DNA from: a virus
Taxonomy: Duplodnaviria > Caudoviricetes
IMG/VR virus record: IMGVR_UViG_3300045806_000066
Span: 1 to 62,339 of that record
Reading direction: 5' to 3' (one strand)
Length of the DNA: 62,339 nucleotides
The notes below the pieces were generated by a model, which saw only the letters and a program-made list of their open reading frames with translations, did no database searches and was not told the origin of the DNA. Each line of letters begins with the position of its first letter. Position 1 is the stretch's first letter. Shown in pieces: positions 28,520 through 38,127 of the stretch. The position numbers were made by a program, and so were the translations under genes.

Positions 28520-28789
28520 CGTGCTCGCTCGTAGGGGATGATTACAAACTTGGCAGCGCCGCTGTTGGACTGAGCCGCGGGCAGGGCCTTGGCTGGACAA
28601 CGGTGGGACATCCAAGCGGAGATGAGGCGAGGTTGCGCACACATCTCCGCACATGACCTAGGGGAGGATGATTAATCACACTAATTGGCGAAAGGAATAA
28701 TAGCTATAAGCTAAAGACCTTATCGAGAGACAAACAATCTTGCTTGTGCGATCACGGTTGATACCTTTTCATTGCGTGTATCATTTTCA

Positions 28790-28817
28790 TTGACAATGCT
28801 TTCAGGCATGATACAGT
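28790..28817 (+). promoter_or_regulatory. Sigma70-type promoter
   Basis: TTGACA-16 nt-TACAGT with an extended TG, in an AT-rich divergent gap upstream of GGAGG and the ATG at 28851. Confidence 0.65.
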
Positions 28818-28850
28818 AGCCGTGCCTGTACTTCCGGGCTGGAGGATGAG

Positions 28851-29054
28851 ATGAACGATTACAAACGGGCAGCCTACAAAAAGCTTAACCTCAAGCGCAA
28901 TGTTTTAGCTCCTGAGCCTGAAGCTATCGTTACCTTCCCGGCATATGATCCTTGCCGCGCCGTGCGGGTTGTTGCTGTAGTCGCGTGGCCCGCCACTGTC
29001 TCTATGCGCAACGTGACTCTATATCACGTTATCCGAGAAGGAGATACATTGTGA
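28851..29054 (+). CDS. Hypothetical protein
   Basis: GGAGG RBS; first of a run of overlapping small genes. Confidence 0.55.
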   Translation: MNDYKRAAYKKLNLKRNVLAPEPEAIVTFPAYDPCRAVRVVAVVAWPATVSMRNVTLYHVIREGDTL

Positions 29055-29362
29055 CGAAATCTTTTGATCCAGCTAAGAGCGGTTGCCCACTTCCGCCGCG
29101 CGATCAGTGCAATGCAGCCGACGCAAATACTTGTTGCGGGGGAGGATCGGACGAACCGTGTCACTGCACCACCTGTCACCCAACAGTTATCGCACTCCCG
29201 TATGCCGAAGAGTGGTTCGACGATAATGTTGAAATCGGATCATTCGCAGATACCTTGGGGTTTGGGCGAGCAGTGAGGGATGCAACTATCCGCGTGCTTG
29301 ATGGATACCGTAAAACTGTCAAAAAAGAGATTGCCCGTAGCGAACACGAGAGGAACACATGA
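29051..29362 (+). CDS. Cys-rich hypothetical protein
   Basis: AAGGAG RBS; GTGA and ATGA overlaps. Confidence 0.55.
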   Translation: MTKSFDPAKSGCPLPPRDQCNAADANTCCGGGSDEPCHCTTCHPTVIALPYAEEWFDDNVEIGSFADTLGFGRAVRDATIRVLDGYRKTVKKEIARSEHERNT

Positions 29363-29554
29363 CTCACCAGAACGTACCAATCGCGAAAGTTGAAGCGGAA
29401 GAAACGACCGGCGCGCCTATCCTCTGCCGACTCTGCACCGCCGGGCCAGAAGTATGCGCCCACGGAACGTGCCGGGTGATGCAGGAGCGGGCCGCCGAGC
29501 GCAAGCTGTCCAACGCATAACCGCTGGCCGGGGCGCATCCGGCACGAGGAACCA

Positions 29555-29749
29555 ATGACGCCGAAATCGACCACTATGACCACACTGGAGGCGAGCAAGA
29601 TACTCGGCTCCGATCCCACATACATCTCCCTGCTTCTCCGCACAGAGAAGCTCGCGGGCAACAAGGACGTTGACGGCAACTGGCAGATCGACACCGCCAG
29701 CGTCACCGCCTACGCCGCCAAGCGCGCTGCCAGAAATGGGCAAAAGTGA
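29555..29749 (+). CDS. Excisionase/MerR-like HTH DNA-binding protein
   Basis: MTTLEASKILG....ISLLLRTEKL.G.K...GNWQI...V..Y. Confidence 0.75.
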   Translation: MTPKSTTMTTLEASKILGSDPTYISLLLRTEKLAGNKDVDGNWQIDTASVTAYAAKRAARNGQK

Positions 29750-30036
29750 ACGACCATCGCCGTTTAGCCGACGAGGTGGACGACCGTCGCATCGCCGAAT
29801 ACTTCGCCTGGTTCGATGAGCGCGACCGCCAGCAGCACGTCGAGTTCCCCAAACCGATGTTTACCCTCGTGGTGCCACTGAAAGGACTCTATGCCGAATC
29901 CGAAGCTCATTGAACTCTACCCCTCGCGCTCGCTGGACAGGGGGAACTCGAACGCCGTCTCTACTGCACTTCTCGCCGCGGGAGCCAGTTTCATCATCGT
30001 AAGCATCGGATTCGCACTCTACAAGCAGGTTGCCGG

Positions 30037-30771
30037 ATGAGAACGCCCACGATCTTCTACCACTTTTCCGGCGCTGCTCTCCGTGATGGTTCACCGCTTC
30101 CGAAGATTGGCGAGTGGCTCGAACTGCCAGCGAACATCAAAATCAAGGCCTGCCCAAGCAAGACCGACATCCGTAACGGATTCGGCGGCCTGCACGCATC
30201 TCCAGATGCTTACGACGCCCTGCAATATGCGCCGGGATCACTGCTTCACCGCGTCGAGTTGGATGGCGAGGTTGTATCCCACGGCTCGCCCATCGACAAG
30301 TTCGCAGCTCGCCGCCGCAAGATCGTTGCGACCATCGACGCCAAGGATTTGCTTTGGGAGCACGCCCGCAAGTGCGCCCTATCCGTGATCCATCTTTGGG
30401 ATGCTCCCGAGGTCGTCAGGCAATACCTCGCCACAGGAGATAACTCATTAAGGGACGCTGCCAGGGCCGCTGCCAGGGACGCTGCCGATGCCGCTGCCTG
30501 GGCCGCTGCCGATGCCGCTGCCTGGGACGCTGCCTGGGCCGCTGCCGATGCCGCTGCCGATGCCGCTGCCTGGGCCGCTGCCGATGCCGCTGCCTGGGCC
30601 GCTGCCAGGGCCGCTGCCAGGGACGCTGCCGATGCCGCTGCCGATGCCGCTGCCGATGCCGCTGCCTGGGCCGCTGCCGATGCCGCTGCCTGGGCCGCTG
30701 CCATGGCCGCTCAACGGAAGACGCTCAACAACCTCGTGGATGTGGCGTTCGCAAAGCAGGTTACCGGATGA
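30037..30771 (+). CDS. Phage protein with AAW/AAR/DAA tandem repeats
   Basis: GLHAS...ALQYAPG N-terminal domain, LWDAPEVVRQYLATGD, then an Ala-rich repeat. Confidence 0.8.
   Translation: MRTPTIFYHFSGAALRDGSPLPKIGEWLELPANIKIKACPSKTDIRNGFGGLHASPDAYDALQYAPGSLLHRVELDGEVVSHGSPIDKFAARRRKIVATIDAKDLLWEHARKCALSVIHLWDAPEVVRQYLATGDNSLRDAARAAARDAADAAAWAAADAAAWDAAWAAADAAADAAAWAAADAAAWAAARAAARDAADAAADAAADAAAWAAADAAAWAAAMAAQRKTLNNLVDVAFAKQVTG
30451..30710 (+). repeat. Coding 12-bp tandem repeat G(C/A)CGCTGCC+(TGG/AGG/GAT), about 21 units
   Basis: Directly visible in the sequence. Confidence 0.9.
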
Positions 30772-30966
30772 TCGCCGCCGCGCGCAATCTCGCCTGTATC
30801 ACCGCCGCCGCCTCGTCCTGTTTCCTGCTTGTGCACCTGCTGCCGGACATTCCTACGCTGGAGCGGTGGGGATGCGCTCTGCTCGACTGGTTGGAATCGC
30901 TGCCATGTATGGGGGAGAGGTAACCGCAGTTAACCGAAAGGGTGTCAATTAGCCGCTAAATAGTTC

Positions 30967-30995
30967 TTGACAAAGTACAGCGAGTTATCTACTAT
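30967..30995 (+). promoter_or_regulatory. Sigma70-type promoter
   Basis: TTGACA-17 nt-TACTAT. Confidence 0.7.
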
Positions 30996-31033
30996 AGTGA
31001 CAGTCAGCCGCTACCAGCGGCACGGAGAATAAA

Positions 31034-31270
31034 ATGACCTACTTCACGATTCGCAGCCGTAAACTCAATCAAGTGTTCACTTTCAACGCCGATTTTCGCA
31101 GCGGTCGCCCGCATGACTCGAAATACGTCCGACTCGAAGAAGATGGAAAAACGGGCACGTTGGCTCCGCAGATTTGCTACGGCGGCGGGTTTACGGGCAA
31201 CACTGTATCCTCTACTCCTGCGACGTTTGAGCGCGACTGCCGGACGTGGTATCGGCAGTATATGAAATAG
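31034..31270 (+). CDS. Hypothetical passenger protein
   Basis: GGAG RBS, 78 aa, downstream of the promoter. Confidence 0.7.
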   Translation: MTYFTIRSRKLNQVFTFNADFRSGRPHDSKYVRLEEDGKTGTLAPQICYGGGFTGNTVSSTPATFERDCRTWYRQYMK

Positions 31271-31357
31271 CCTCTGCTGCGCGGTATCCGCTGTGCGCAG
31301 TGCGTCCGGCGTGGTAGCCGGGGAGGGTACGGAACCCCTCATCTTTTCGGAGCCAAT

Positions 31358-31879
31358 ATGAGCAAGAGCACGATTAGCCTTATTACTCTTTTTCAGATGT
31401 TTCCCGATGCCGAATCCGCCCGCCTGTACCTCGAATCGCGGCTCTGGGAAAACGGCGTTATCTGCCCACAGTGCAAAGCTACTGAGCGGGTTGGGAAACA
31501 ACCCAAGGTTGGGTTCTATCGCTGCAATGCCTGCACCCTAGATTTTACGATTCGGACTGGTACCATTTTCGAGCGGTCGCACATCCCGCTGCACAAGTGG
31601 CTTTATGCGATGTATCTGCTCGTCACTGCTCGCAAGGGGATTTCCTCTCTGCAACTTGGCAAGGAAATTGGGGTAACTCAGAAATCCGCATGGTTCATGC
31701 TTCAACGCCTCCGCGAAGCGTGCTCCGCGCCCGATAGTATCGACAAACTGCGCGGGATCGTGGAACTTGACGAGTGTTTCATTGGCGGAAAAGAAGCCAA
31801 TAAACACGAGTCCAAAAAGCTCAAGGCTGGCCGTGGATCGGTTGGCAAACACATTACTTACAAGGAGTTGACCGCATGA
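31358..31879 (+). pseudogene. IS1595-family transposase lacking most of the DDE core
   Basis: Zn ribbon CPQC/CNAC, RTGTIFERSHIPLHKW, KGISSLQL, SAWFMLQRLRE and VELDECFIGG, then an abrupt jump from GRGSVGK to the C-terminal ITYKELTA. Confidence 0.88.
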
Positions 31880-32127
31880 AAAAGAGACAGCTAACTTGTC
31901 GAGACCACGGAGGTAGGGGAATTGACGCGATGAACTGTCCTGAGTGCGCAAAGGAGTTAGACGAGGAACTTGCGGCCTCCGATCAACCCTCCGTTCCTCC
32001 TGAACTAGATCGCATTGCAGACGTGGTGTTGGCCTATAAGCCGAAGCCGAAAACCAAGGCTGCCAAGCGTCGTGTTCGCCGCGATAAACGCGAGGCAAAA
32101 TCTCAGAAAAGCGAGTCATCTATATAA
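31876..32127 (+). CDS. Small basic passenger protein
   Basis: ATGA overlap with the transposase; PPELDRIADVVLAYKPKPK. Confidence 0.6.
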   Translation: MKKRQLTCRDHGGRGIDAMNCPECAKELDEELAASDQPSVPPELDRIADVVLAYKPKPKTKAAKRRVRRDKREAKSQKSESSI

Positions 32128-32155
32128 CTCCCAAACTGAAAGAGGAGGCAATGCC

Positions 32156-32626
32156 GTGAACCTATCCGAACGAGAACTCGCAACAACCTTGGCCGCGCTC
32201 CGCGTGTTTCAGCGGATCATCACCAGCGCGGGCATAACCATCTCACCCGGCGCGCTGTTCGATATGGAGCAGTTCACCGACGTTGAACCGCTCGTGCCGT
32301 CCGCAATCGACGACCTGTGCGAGCGGCTGGTCTGCGAAGGGGGTGTTGGCAAATATGGACATCACCCGGACGCGATGATTGATGTCGAAGTGGAGCTAGA
32401 TCGCTTACAGGGGTTGCTCCGTGAGGCGCACGGTGGACTTATCCGGGCACTCGATTACCGCGCTGTCACCCCTGAAGGTTTATCCATCAAAGCGGACATC
32501 CGAAACGCCCTCGAACGCACTGGGTGTGCGCCTGAAAAGTGGGGTTGTGTCGGCGTCGGTTCGCAGCCGCGCTCCGAACTGTTCGAGCAACTCGCGGGCC
32601 TCGTGCGGCCACCGGAGGGACTGTGA
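32156..32626 (+). CDS. Hypothetical protein
   Basis: GAGGAGG RBS before GTG. Confidence 0.6.
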   Translation: MNLSERELATTLAALRVFQRIITSAGITISPGALFDMEQFTDVEPLVPSAIDDLCERLVCEGGVGKYGHHPDAMIDVEVELDRLQGLLREAHGGLIRALDYRAVTPEGLSIKADIRNALERTGCAPEKWGCVGVGSQPRSELFEQLAGLVRPPEGL

Positions 32627-33003
32627 CCGACCAAACGAGAACATCGCCCGATTCGATGGCCGTCATTGCCGACGACCTGGAGCCACAGGTCGAGATGTGG
32701 GACGATCCTGGTCTTGCGCGTTGTGGTGCAGGTTCGGCCCTTCCATCATCGAAGTTCATCTCCTGCGTGGATGGCTCCGTGACCGTCGAACTGACGGCTG
32801 CGAACCTAATCTACGCCATTCAAGAGGAGTTTTGGGGTGCGCTGGAGACGGACACCACGCCGAAGATTCGCGTCGAGACGTGGGCCGCGAAGAAACTGGA
32901 GCTCGTGGACGGCAAGATTCACCTGACGCTGGTTGTCGATGAGTTCGAGGCTGACGACGTGTGCGACGAACCCGATCCGGACAGGGGGCGCGACGATGAA
33001 TAA
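32623..33003 (+). CDS. Acidic hypothetical protein
   Basis: GGAGG RBS and GTGA overlap. Confidence 0.55.
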   Translation: MTDQTRTSPDSMAVIADDLEPQVEMWDDPGLARCGAGSALPSSKFISCVDGSVTVELTAANLIYAIQEEFWGALETDTTPKIRVETWAAKKLELVDGKIHLTLVVDEFEADDVCDEPDPDRGRDDE

Positions 33004-33154
33004 GATCCTGACGTTCTTCTTCCGTTGCCGCCACGAGCACCGCACATTCCCGCAGACGCGGGACGGCAAAACCACCTGCTGCTGCTTGGACTGCGGCAAG
33101 GAATACATCTATGACTGGCGGGAAATGCGGCTAGTCGAGGACAAGGCCGCGTGA
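32996..33154 (+). CDS. Small Cys/His protein
   Basis: FRCRHEHRTFPQT...CLDCGKEYIYDWREMR. Confidence 0.7.
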   Translation: MNKILTFFFRCRHEHRTFPQTRDGKTTCCCLDCGKEYIYDWREMRLVEDKAA

Positions 33155-33513
33155 GATTTCCATCTGAACTCGAACAGTGGCGCATCCGTAGCGGTGAGTA
33201 TGCATCTCGCACCGGCAACGACTTCGGCGCGTTCATCGTGCCCGGGCCTTGCGGGCGCGATCTCCGCATCATCGCTTCGCCGGGTTACGCCGACGAGAAT
33301 ATTCCGTGGGAGCATGTCTCGGTGTCACTCCCAAACCGTTGCCCGAACTGGCCGGAAATGTGCTTTGTCAAAGGCTTGTTCTGGGACGATGAGGATACGG
33401 TGATGCAACTTCATCCGCCGAAATCGCAGTACGTTAACACTCACAACTTCTGCCTACACCTGTGGCGTCCGGTCAAGGCCCAGATCCCGATGCCGCCGCT
33501 TGTTGCAGTTTGA
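33151..33513 (+). CDS. Conserved phage hypothetical protein
   Basis: WEHVSVS...RCPNWPEMCFVKGLFW...QLHPPKSQYVNTH..CLHLW, a motif set recalled from many phages. Confidence 0.8.
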   Translation: MRFPSELEQWRIRSGEYASRTGNDFGAFIVPGPCGRDLRIIASPGYADENIPWEHVSVSLPNRCPNWPEMCFVKGLFWDDEDTVMQLHPPKSQYVNTHNFCLHLWRPVKAQIPMPPLVAV

Positions 33514-33772
33514 CCATTCAAGGCCGCATAGACGGCGCTGTGCCCAGCTCCTGAACACCTTGGCTTCCTTCGGGGAGCCAGATTTTTGCGCAGAAAGAAG
33601 GCTCCCATTTCTGAGAGCCTTCCCCTTGCTGCGTCGTATGCGGGGCTTTCGGAACTCGTCTCGCGCCTTCGTCTGATCTTCCAGCTTGCCAATCAGGTTC
33701 GCCAATCAGATTGGAACCCGCCACACCGCTCCAGCGTTTGACTCCTCCAGCCCCTTCTGTGGGGTATCTCGT

Positions 33773-34171
33773 TTACGCTGCTTTCTGCCCCATGGCCTTG
33801 TACTGCGACTGGGCCTGGGCGAGCGTGAATATCGGGTTCGCCTGCCGGATGGCGTTGATCTGAGCCCAACGGTTCTTCGCGGCAATCTTGAGTTTGTTCG
33901 ACGCCTTGCGCTTCGGCTTTTGCGCAACGGCCTGCGTCTGCGTACCGGCGGCCGGCAGTGCGGCAGGCTTGGCGGTGCGGCTGGCGCGACGCTTGCCGGT
34001 GCGGGCCGGAACCGATGCCATGCCGTCGTTGATCGTCAGCGTCATCAGCCCGACGCCGGAGCCGAACAGAGTTTGCGATTCGTTGTACAGACGGATGCGG
34101 CGCTCGATGTCTTGCCTCATCGAAGCGAAGCCGAGATGCGTGGATGCCTGTGCGGTCTTAACCATTTTCAT
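33773..34171 (-). CDS. Basic histone-like/nucleoid-binding protein (putative)
   Basis: K/R/A-rich, KLKIAAKNRWA, AAGGGAG RBS. Confidence 0.55.
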   Translation of the reverse strand: MKMVKTAQASTHLGFASMRQDIERRIRLYNESQTLFGSGVGLMTLTINDGMASVPARTGKRRASRTAKPAALPAAGTQTQAVAQKPKRKASNKLKIAAKNRWAQINAIRQANPIFTLAQAQSQYKAMGQKAA

Positions 34172-34208
34172 TCTCCCTTGGTACTTCGCTGAGAATAATA
34201 GCACAGAG

Positions 34209-35030
34209 TTATTCGCATAGGTTGTAGACGCTCATGCAGCTACGGGCCGGGAACATGGGCAACTGATCTTCATCCACGCTCTCGATGTAGCGGAAAATAT
34301 CATTGGCCCAAGGGAAAGTCGCCCCGCTCGCCTCATCTTTCCCCGTGTGGAATCGCGCAGGGCAATCGTCGGGGCTCCAAAAGGATCTGCCAACTTTTGA
34401 TTCCAAGTCAAGAATCCGCTTCTTGAGAAAGTTCCATGCATCGGGATAGCTGCGGATCGCCCGAAGTTCCCGCATGTTTACCATGATGCACGGAAAGCAC
34501 CCGACACGACCGCACCCCATGAGGTAGAGCGGGTTCGGTGCCACTCCATGCTTCTTGGCAATCTCAAAGCACTGCTCCGCCGTCCAGCGCAGTAATGGCC
34601 GTTCGATCCAGTACCCGCCCCCATCGTCAACCCACTGCCGTTCATTCATTTTGGCTCGGCTGGCGGATTCATCGGCGCGGATTCCTTGATAACTGCGGAT
34701 GTCGCCATCGTCGAGTGATTCAAAGTAGCGATGGAGCGGGAAACTCTTCAACTCCTGAGTGCAGAACCGAGCGCGAGCGGAAGGGACACGTTTACGCTTG
34801 ACGCTCATGTCCTCAAAACCTTCGTACTTGTCGCTGGTCACCGTCACCAACGAGCCACAGAGGATGGAATGATTGATTTCCTCGATGTAGGCGTAAGTGA
34901 TCGGGTGCTCCCATTTTGTATCGCAAAAAACTGGAGTCCAGTCCACACCAGGCACGCCGATGTTCTCCCTCATCCAGAGCATGAGAGCTGTTGAATCCTT
35001 GCCGCCCGAAAAACAACCGATGTGTTTCAT
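34209..35030 (-). CDS. PAPS reductase-family (PP-loop) protein
   Basis: FSGGKDS, FCDTKWE, RFCTQELK, GIRADES..R and RVGCFPC. Confidence 0.9.
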   Translation of the reverse strand: MKHIGCFSGGKDSTALMLWMRENIGVPGVDWTPVFCDTKWEHPITYAYIEEINHSILCGSLVTVTSDKYEGFEDMSVKRKRVPSARARFCTQELKSFPLHRYFESLDDGDIRSYQGIRADESASRAKMNERQWVDDGGGYWIERPLLRWTAEQCFEIAKKHGVAPNPLYLMGCGRVGCFPCIMVNMRELRAIRSYPDAWNFLKKRILDLESKVGRSFWSPDDCPARFHTGKDEASGATFPWANDIFRYIESVDEDQLPMFPARSCMSVYNLCE

Positions 35031-35437
35031 TCCGGCACCGCCGCTCTCACCGCGATCTCTGTCCTCGGATTCAACCAGTCGCGCCGTACCCGCATGATCC
35101 AATCGCTCACCGCCGCATCGCTGTGGATCACGCCAGCCTCTTTCAGCCCATCCCCGACGCACTTCCAGAGGTTGTCACCGTCGCCCTTTTGCCCCTTGCC
35201 GAAGTAGACCGTCACCTCAAGCTCATAGTGCAACTTGCCGAGTTGCGTGGTCGTCAAACCAGCGCACATAGACTGGCGACGAGCGAACATAGCCACGGCC
35301 GCCTTGTACGCTTTGGCCTCATCAGAGACGAACGTTACCCCGCGCCTGGTCCGCGTCTTGTAGTGATTGACGCTGGGCGGCGTGAGTGGAATCACAAAGC
35401 ACACCTCTTGCACCGCTGCCGCCGTGCCCGCGTTCAT
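35027..35437 (-). CDS. rusA: RusA-like Holliday junction resolvase
   Basis: PPSVNHY...DGDNLWKCVGDGL..AGVIHSD..V. Confidence 0.85.
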   Translation of the reverse strand: MNAGTAAAVQEVCFVIPLTPPSVNHYKTRTRRGVTFVSDEAKAYKAAVAMFARRQSMCAGLTTTQLGKLHYELEVTVYFGKGQKGDGDNLWKCVGDGLKEAGVIHSDAAVSDWIMRVRRDWLNPRTEIAVRAAVPE

Positions 35438-36467
35438 GCCGTCACCTTGCGCTCTGCAATCAACTCCACCGCGAGCCGGTAGGTGCAGTCAGAATCGTGT
35501 TCCTCGGCCTTGGAGCCACAACCGTTGCACCACAGGCAATATCCGCAATCGTCTATCGGTGACGGAGCAGCCGCCATCTTCTCCACGATAGCCAGCGCGC
35601 GCATAGCCTGCCCGAGATTAAGCGTCTCTGCCGGTATAAGAATCGGCTGCGGGAGGTGGCAGGCTATCGCGTCCTCGGCCAGCTTTTTAAACGTGTCACG
35701 CTCGAACTGGACTTGCTTCGTCAGTAGGTCGGCAAACTCCGACAACATCTCATCCCTCGGGTTCATAACGATTGCTGGTCCTTTGACTATCAGCCACTCT
35801 CGGGCGATATCAATCGTCTTCTTCGGCTCGATTCTGAACATATCCCTCATGCGGCCCTCCGAACTTTGCATATGCAATATCCGCAAGACCGCATCAGGCT
35901 TACCCATTCCTTGATTGATGCCCCACCAGCCGGAAGAACGTCGTACCAGTGATGATCCTGTGGATGCCAGAACCAGAATTTCGCGTTCGGATTTTGAATA
36001 CCCGCCCTCATGCGGCCGCCTTGGATAGTTCCGCGGCTACCCGGCAATACTCGTGATAGAACGCATCCGGCATCTCCCGCGGCAGCGCATCGTACAGCTC
36101 CGGGTCGGCAGCCTGGAGCGACTCGTTGATGAAGCACCACGCCACGGCGACCAGTACCGCGTGTCCGTACACCTTGAACGACTCGTGGGCCGCCCGCCTG
36201 CCGGCTTCCTGCGCCGCACACTCAAACTGCTTTGGCATCACTTTGCGCATTGCTCTCCCGCTCACGGACCTACCTCCATTTCTCCCGCCTCGCAAGCGGC
36301 GATGATCGGCAGAACCTCGGCACTCCCGCAGTTCAAATGCCGCGGCTTCCCATCCGGCTTCCCGGTCCATCGCTCGGCCCGGCGGATTCTCTCCGAGCAC
36401 CGAACGCAAACCCGACGCTTGGGCTTGCGCTGGATGCCGAAGAAGGCGAGGATGCGGCGCCAAATGA

Positions 36468-37115
36468 TCACTGGATCTGTCCCGCAGGTGCATTCGTCTT
36501 CCGCCCGAACGTCTTCCGCACCCCTTGCGCGCGCGGGTCTTCGTCCTTGGCTACGGCGTCAGCTACGGCCTCGTCGATGGCCTGCGCTGCTTCGGCGTCT
36601 TCCAGCTTGGGGGCCTCAAGCGGCTGGGGCAACTCGGTTTCCTCGGTTTCGTCCTCAGAGGCTCCCTGAGCGTCCGCTGTGGGCTCAGTGGAGGATTCCA
36701 TCGTTCCAGAGGCTTCCGGCTGCACAGCGTTCGACGGTGCCCCGGCTGCGCTGGCTTCCGGCGCTGGGTCAGGGAAGAGATTGGCCTGCATCTCGTCGCG
36801 AGTCATCTGCTCGGTCTTCACAAACTCGCCTGTGTCCATCCGGTAGATCGACTTGAATCCCACGCTCGGCTCGTGGAGGCTGACCGTGCAGTCGATCATC
36901 CGGTTCTCGCCCTTGCGCTTGACCTGCCCGGCCAGGGTGGACTTCTCGAAGTCGATGCGGTCGAGTTCCTCTTTGAACGCCTTGGCCGTCGTCGCCTTAC
37001 GGTCCTCAACCTCGGTGTACTTCGTGGTGGCGTCGCTGAGTTCCTGGGCCTTCGCCTCAAACTCGTCAACGGTGTACGTAGTGAACAGGCACAGCTTGAT
37101 TTCTGTTGCTCGCAT
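36468..37115 (-). CDS. Hypothetical protein with an acidic C-terminus
   Basis: AAGGAG RBS and RMDTGEFV motif. Confidence 0.7.
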   Translation of the reverse strand: MRATEIKLCLFTTYTVDEFEAKAQELSDATTKYTEVEDRKATTAKAFKEELDRIDFEKSTLAGQVKRKGENRMIDCTVSLHEPSVGFKSIYRMDTGEFVKTEQMTRDEMQANLFPDPAPEASAAGAPSNAVQPEASGTMESSTEPTADAQGASEDETEETELPQPLEAPKLEDAEAAQAIDEAVADAVAKDEDPRAQGVRKTFGRKTNAPAGQIQ

Positions 37116-37136
37116 GATGATCTCCTTGACTGCCGG

Positions 37137-37973
37137 TTAGAGTTGCGTGGAATTGCCTTTGACCTTCTCCAGTTCGGCGCCAATATTTAACGCTATCTGC
37201 TCCGCCGTCTCTTTCAACCTAGCGAGCGAATCGAGTTGGCGAGTCGCCGCGCCATTCATCACCAAGCGAACAGCATCGCCGATCTTCTCGCCGTTCCATT
37301 TGTTGATATTCACGCCGCTTGCTTTCTCAAACTCCGCTACGGCCGTGGCGAGTTCCTTGGATCTCTCCAGTGAATACTTGTGCTCATTCTCGGCATTTTT
37401 CTTTCCATCCATCATGCCTTGCTGATATCCAGCATCACGCGCAACGGTAAGTTGAGCCTCTCCCGTAATCTGCGCTTGGGCGCTGCGCAGTACGGCGGCG
37501 GTGAATGAGCGATCCAGTGGCTTTAGAAACTCGTTGGTCTTCGCGGGCACCTTGCACCGTAGTCCGCCGCGTTTTGCTGGCACATACAGCCCCCACGTTG
37601 CCGGGAGTTCTCCGGGTTGCACGATGTTCTCGTCCCCGACAGCGAGAAACCAGCGGTCGCAATACTGTGCGATTACGTCGGCCTTCTCTGGGTGCTCAAG
37701 TTCGCGTTTCCAATCCGACCGTGAGACTTTAACCTCGAAGCCAATAACCTCCAAGCCACGCGACGGCCAGAGCGACATCACGAGTACATCGGCGTGACGA
37801 TTGCATTTGAATCCGGTTGAGTTGCCAACTTCCGTAAAAAAAGCGTACACGGCTTTGTCACCATAATGGACACGCAGAGCCTCTACCACTTCAGAGGACT
37901 TTTGTATCCTCGGGCGGTCTTTTCCGGTAACAACCTCGTCCTCAAGTTCTATCGACATTTGATCGTTACTCAT
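37137..37973 (-). CDS. MmcB-like PD-(D/E)XK nuclease
   Basis: ADVLVMSLWPSRG....FEVKVSRSDWKREL..PEK...LPATWGL. Confidence 0.8.
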   Translation of the reverse strand: MSNDQMSIELEDEVVTGKDRPRIQKSSEVVEALRVHYGDKAVYAFFTEVGNSTGFKCNRHADVLVMSLWPSRGLEVIGFEVKVSRSDWKRELEHPEKADVIAQYCDRWFLAVGDENIVQPGELPATWGLYVPAKRGGLRCKVPAKTNEFLKPLDRSFTAAVLRSAQAQITGEAQLTVARDAGYQQGMMDGKKNAENEHKYSLERSKELATAVAEFEKASGVNINKWNGEKIGDAVRLVMNGAATRQLDSLARLKETAEQIALNIGAELEKVKGNSTQL

Positions 37974-38127
37974 CTCGCCCTCATCCATTCCGCCCGGAGT
38001 TCGGCCAGCGCCAGTTGCGCGTCCTGCAGAATCGTGTCAACGTCGGCGTCCGGAGCCTGACAGCGCGCGGTTATTTCGTCCATGATGGCGATGATTCGAC
38101 GGCGTAACTCTTTGTTGTCCATCTCGG

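Larger units (their letters stand above)
30919..32132 (+). mobile_element. Internally deleted IS1595-family element with passenger ORFs (ends approximate)
   Basis: Transposase remnant, lower GC, its own promoter, and short imperfect hairpins at both putative ends. Confidence 0.6.

Noticed and set aside
29870-29889. Minus-strand GAGTCCTTTCAGTGGCACCA resembling a tRNA 3' end or attP core
   Set aside because: The T loop and 5' stem are absent, no integrase was found, and the sequence doubles as the RBS of a small ORF.
29934-29953. GTTCGAGT...CCA on the minus strand as a second tRNA
   Set aside because: The spacing is wrong, no stems form, and it lies inside a plausible 49-aa membrane ORF.
30451-30710. 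Tandem array as a CRISPR or DGR repeat; alternative-frame GSGP and PLPM ORFs
   Set aside because: In-frame 12-bp coding repeats without spacers; no cas or reverse transcriptase gene; the other frames are by-products.
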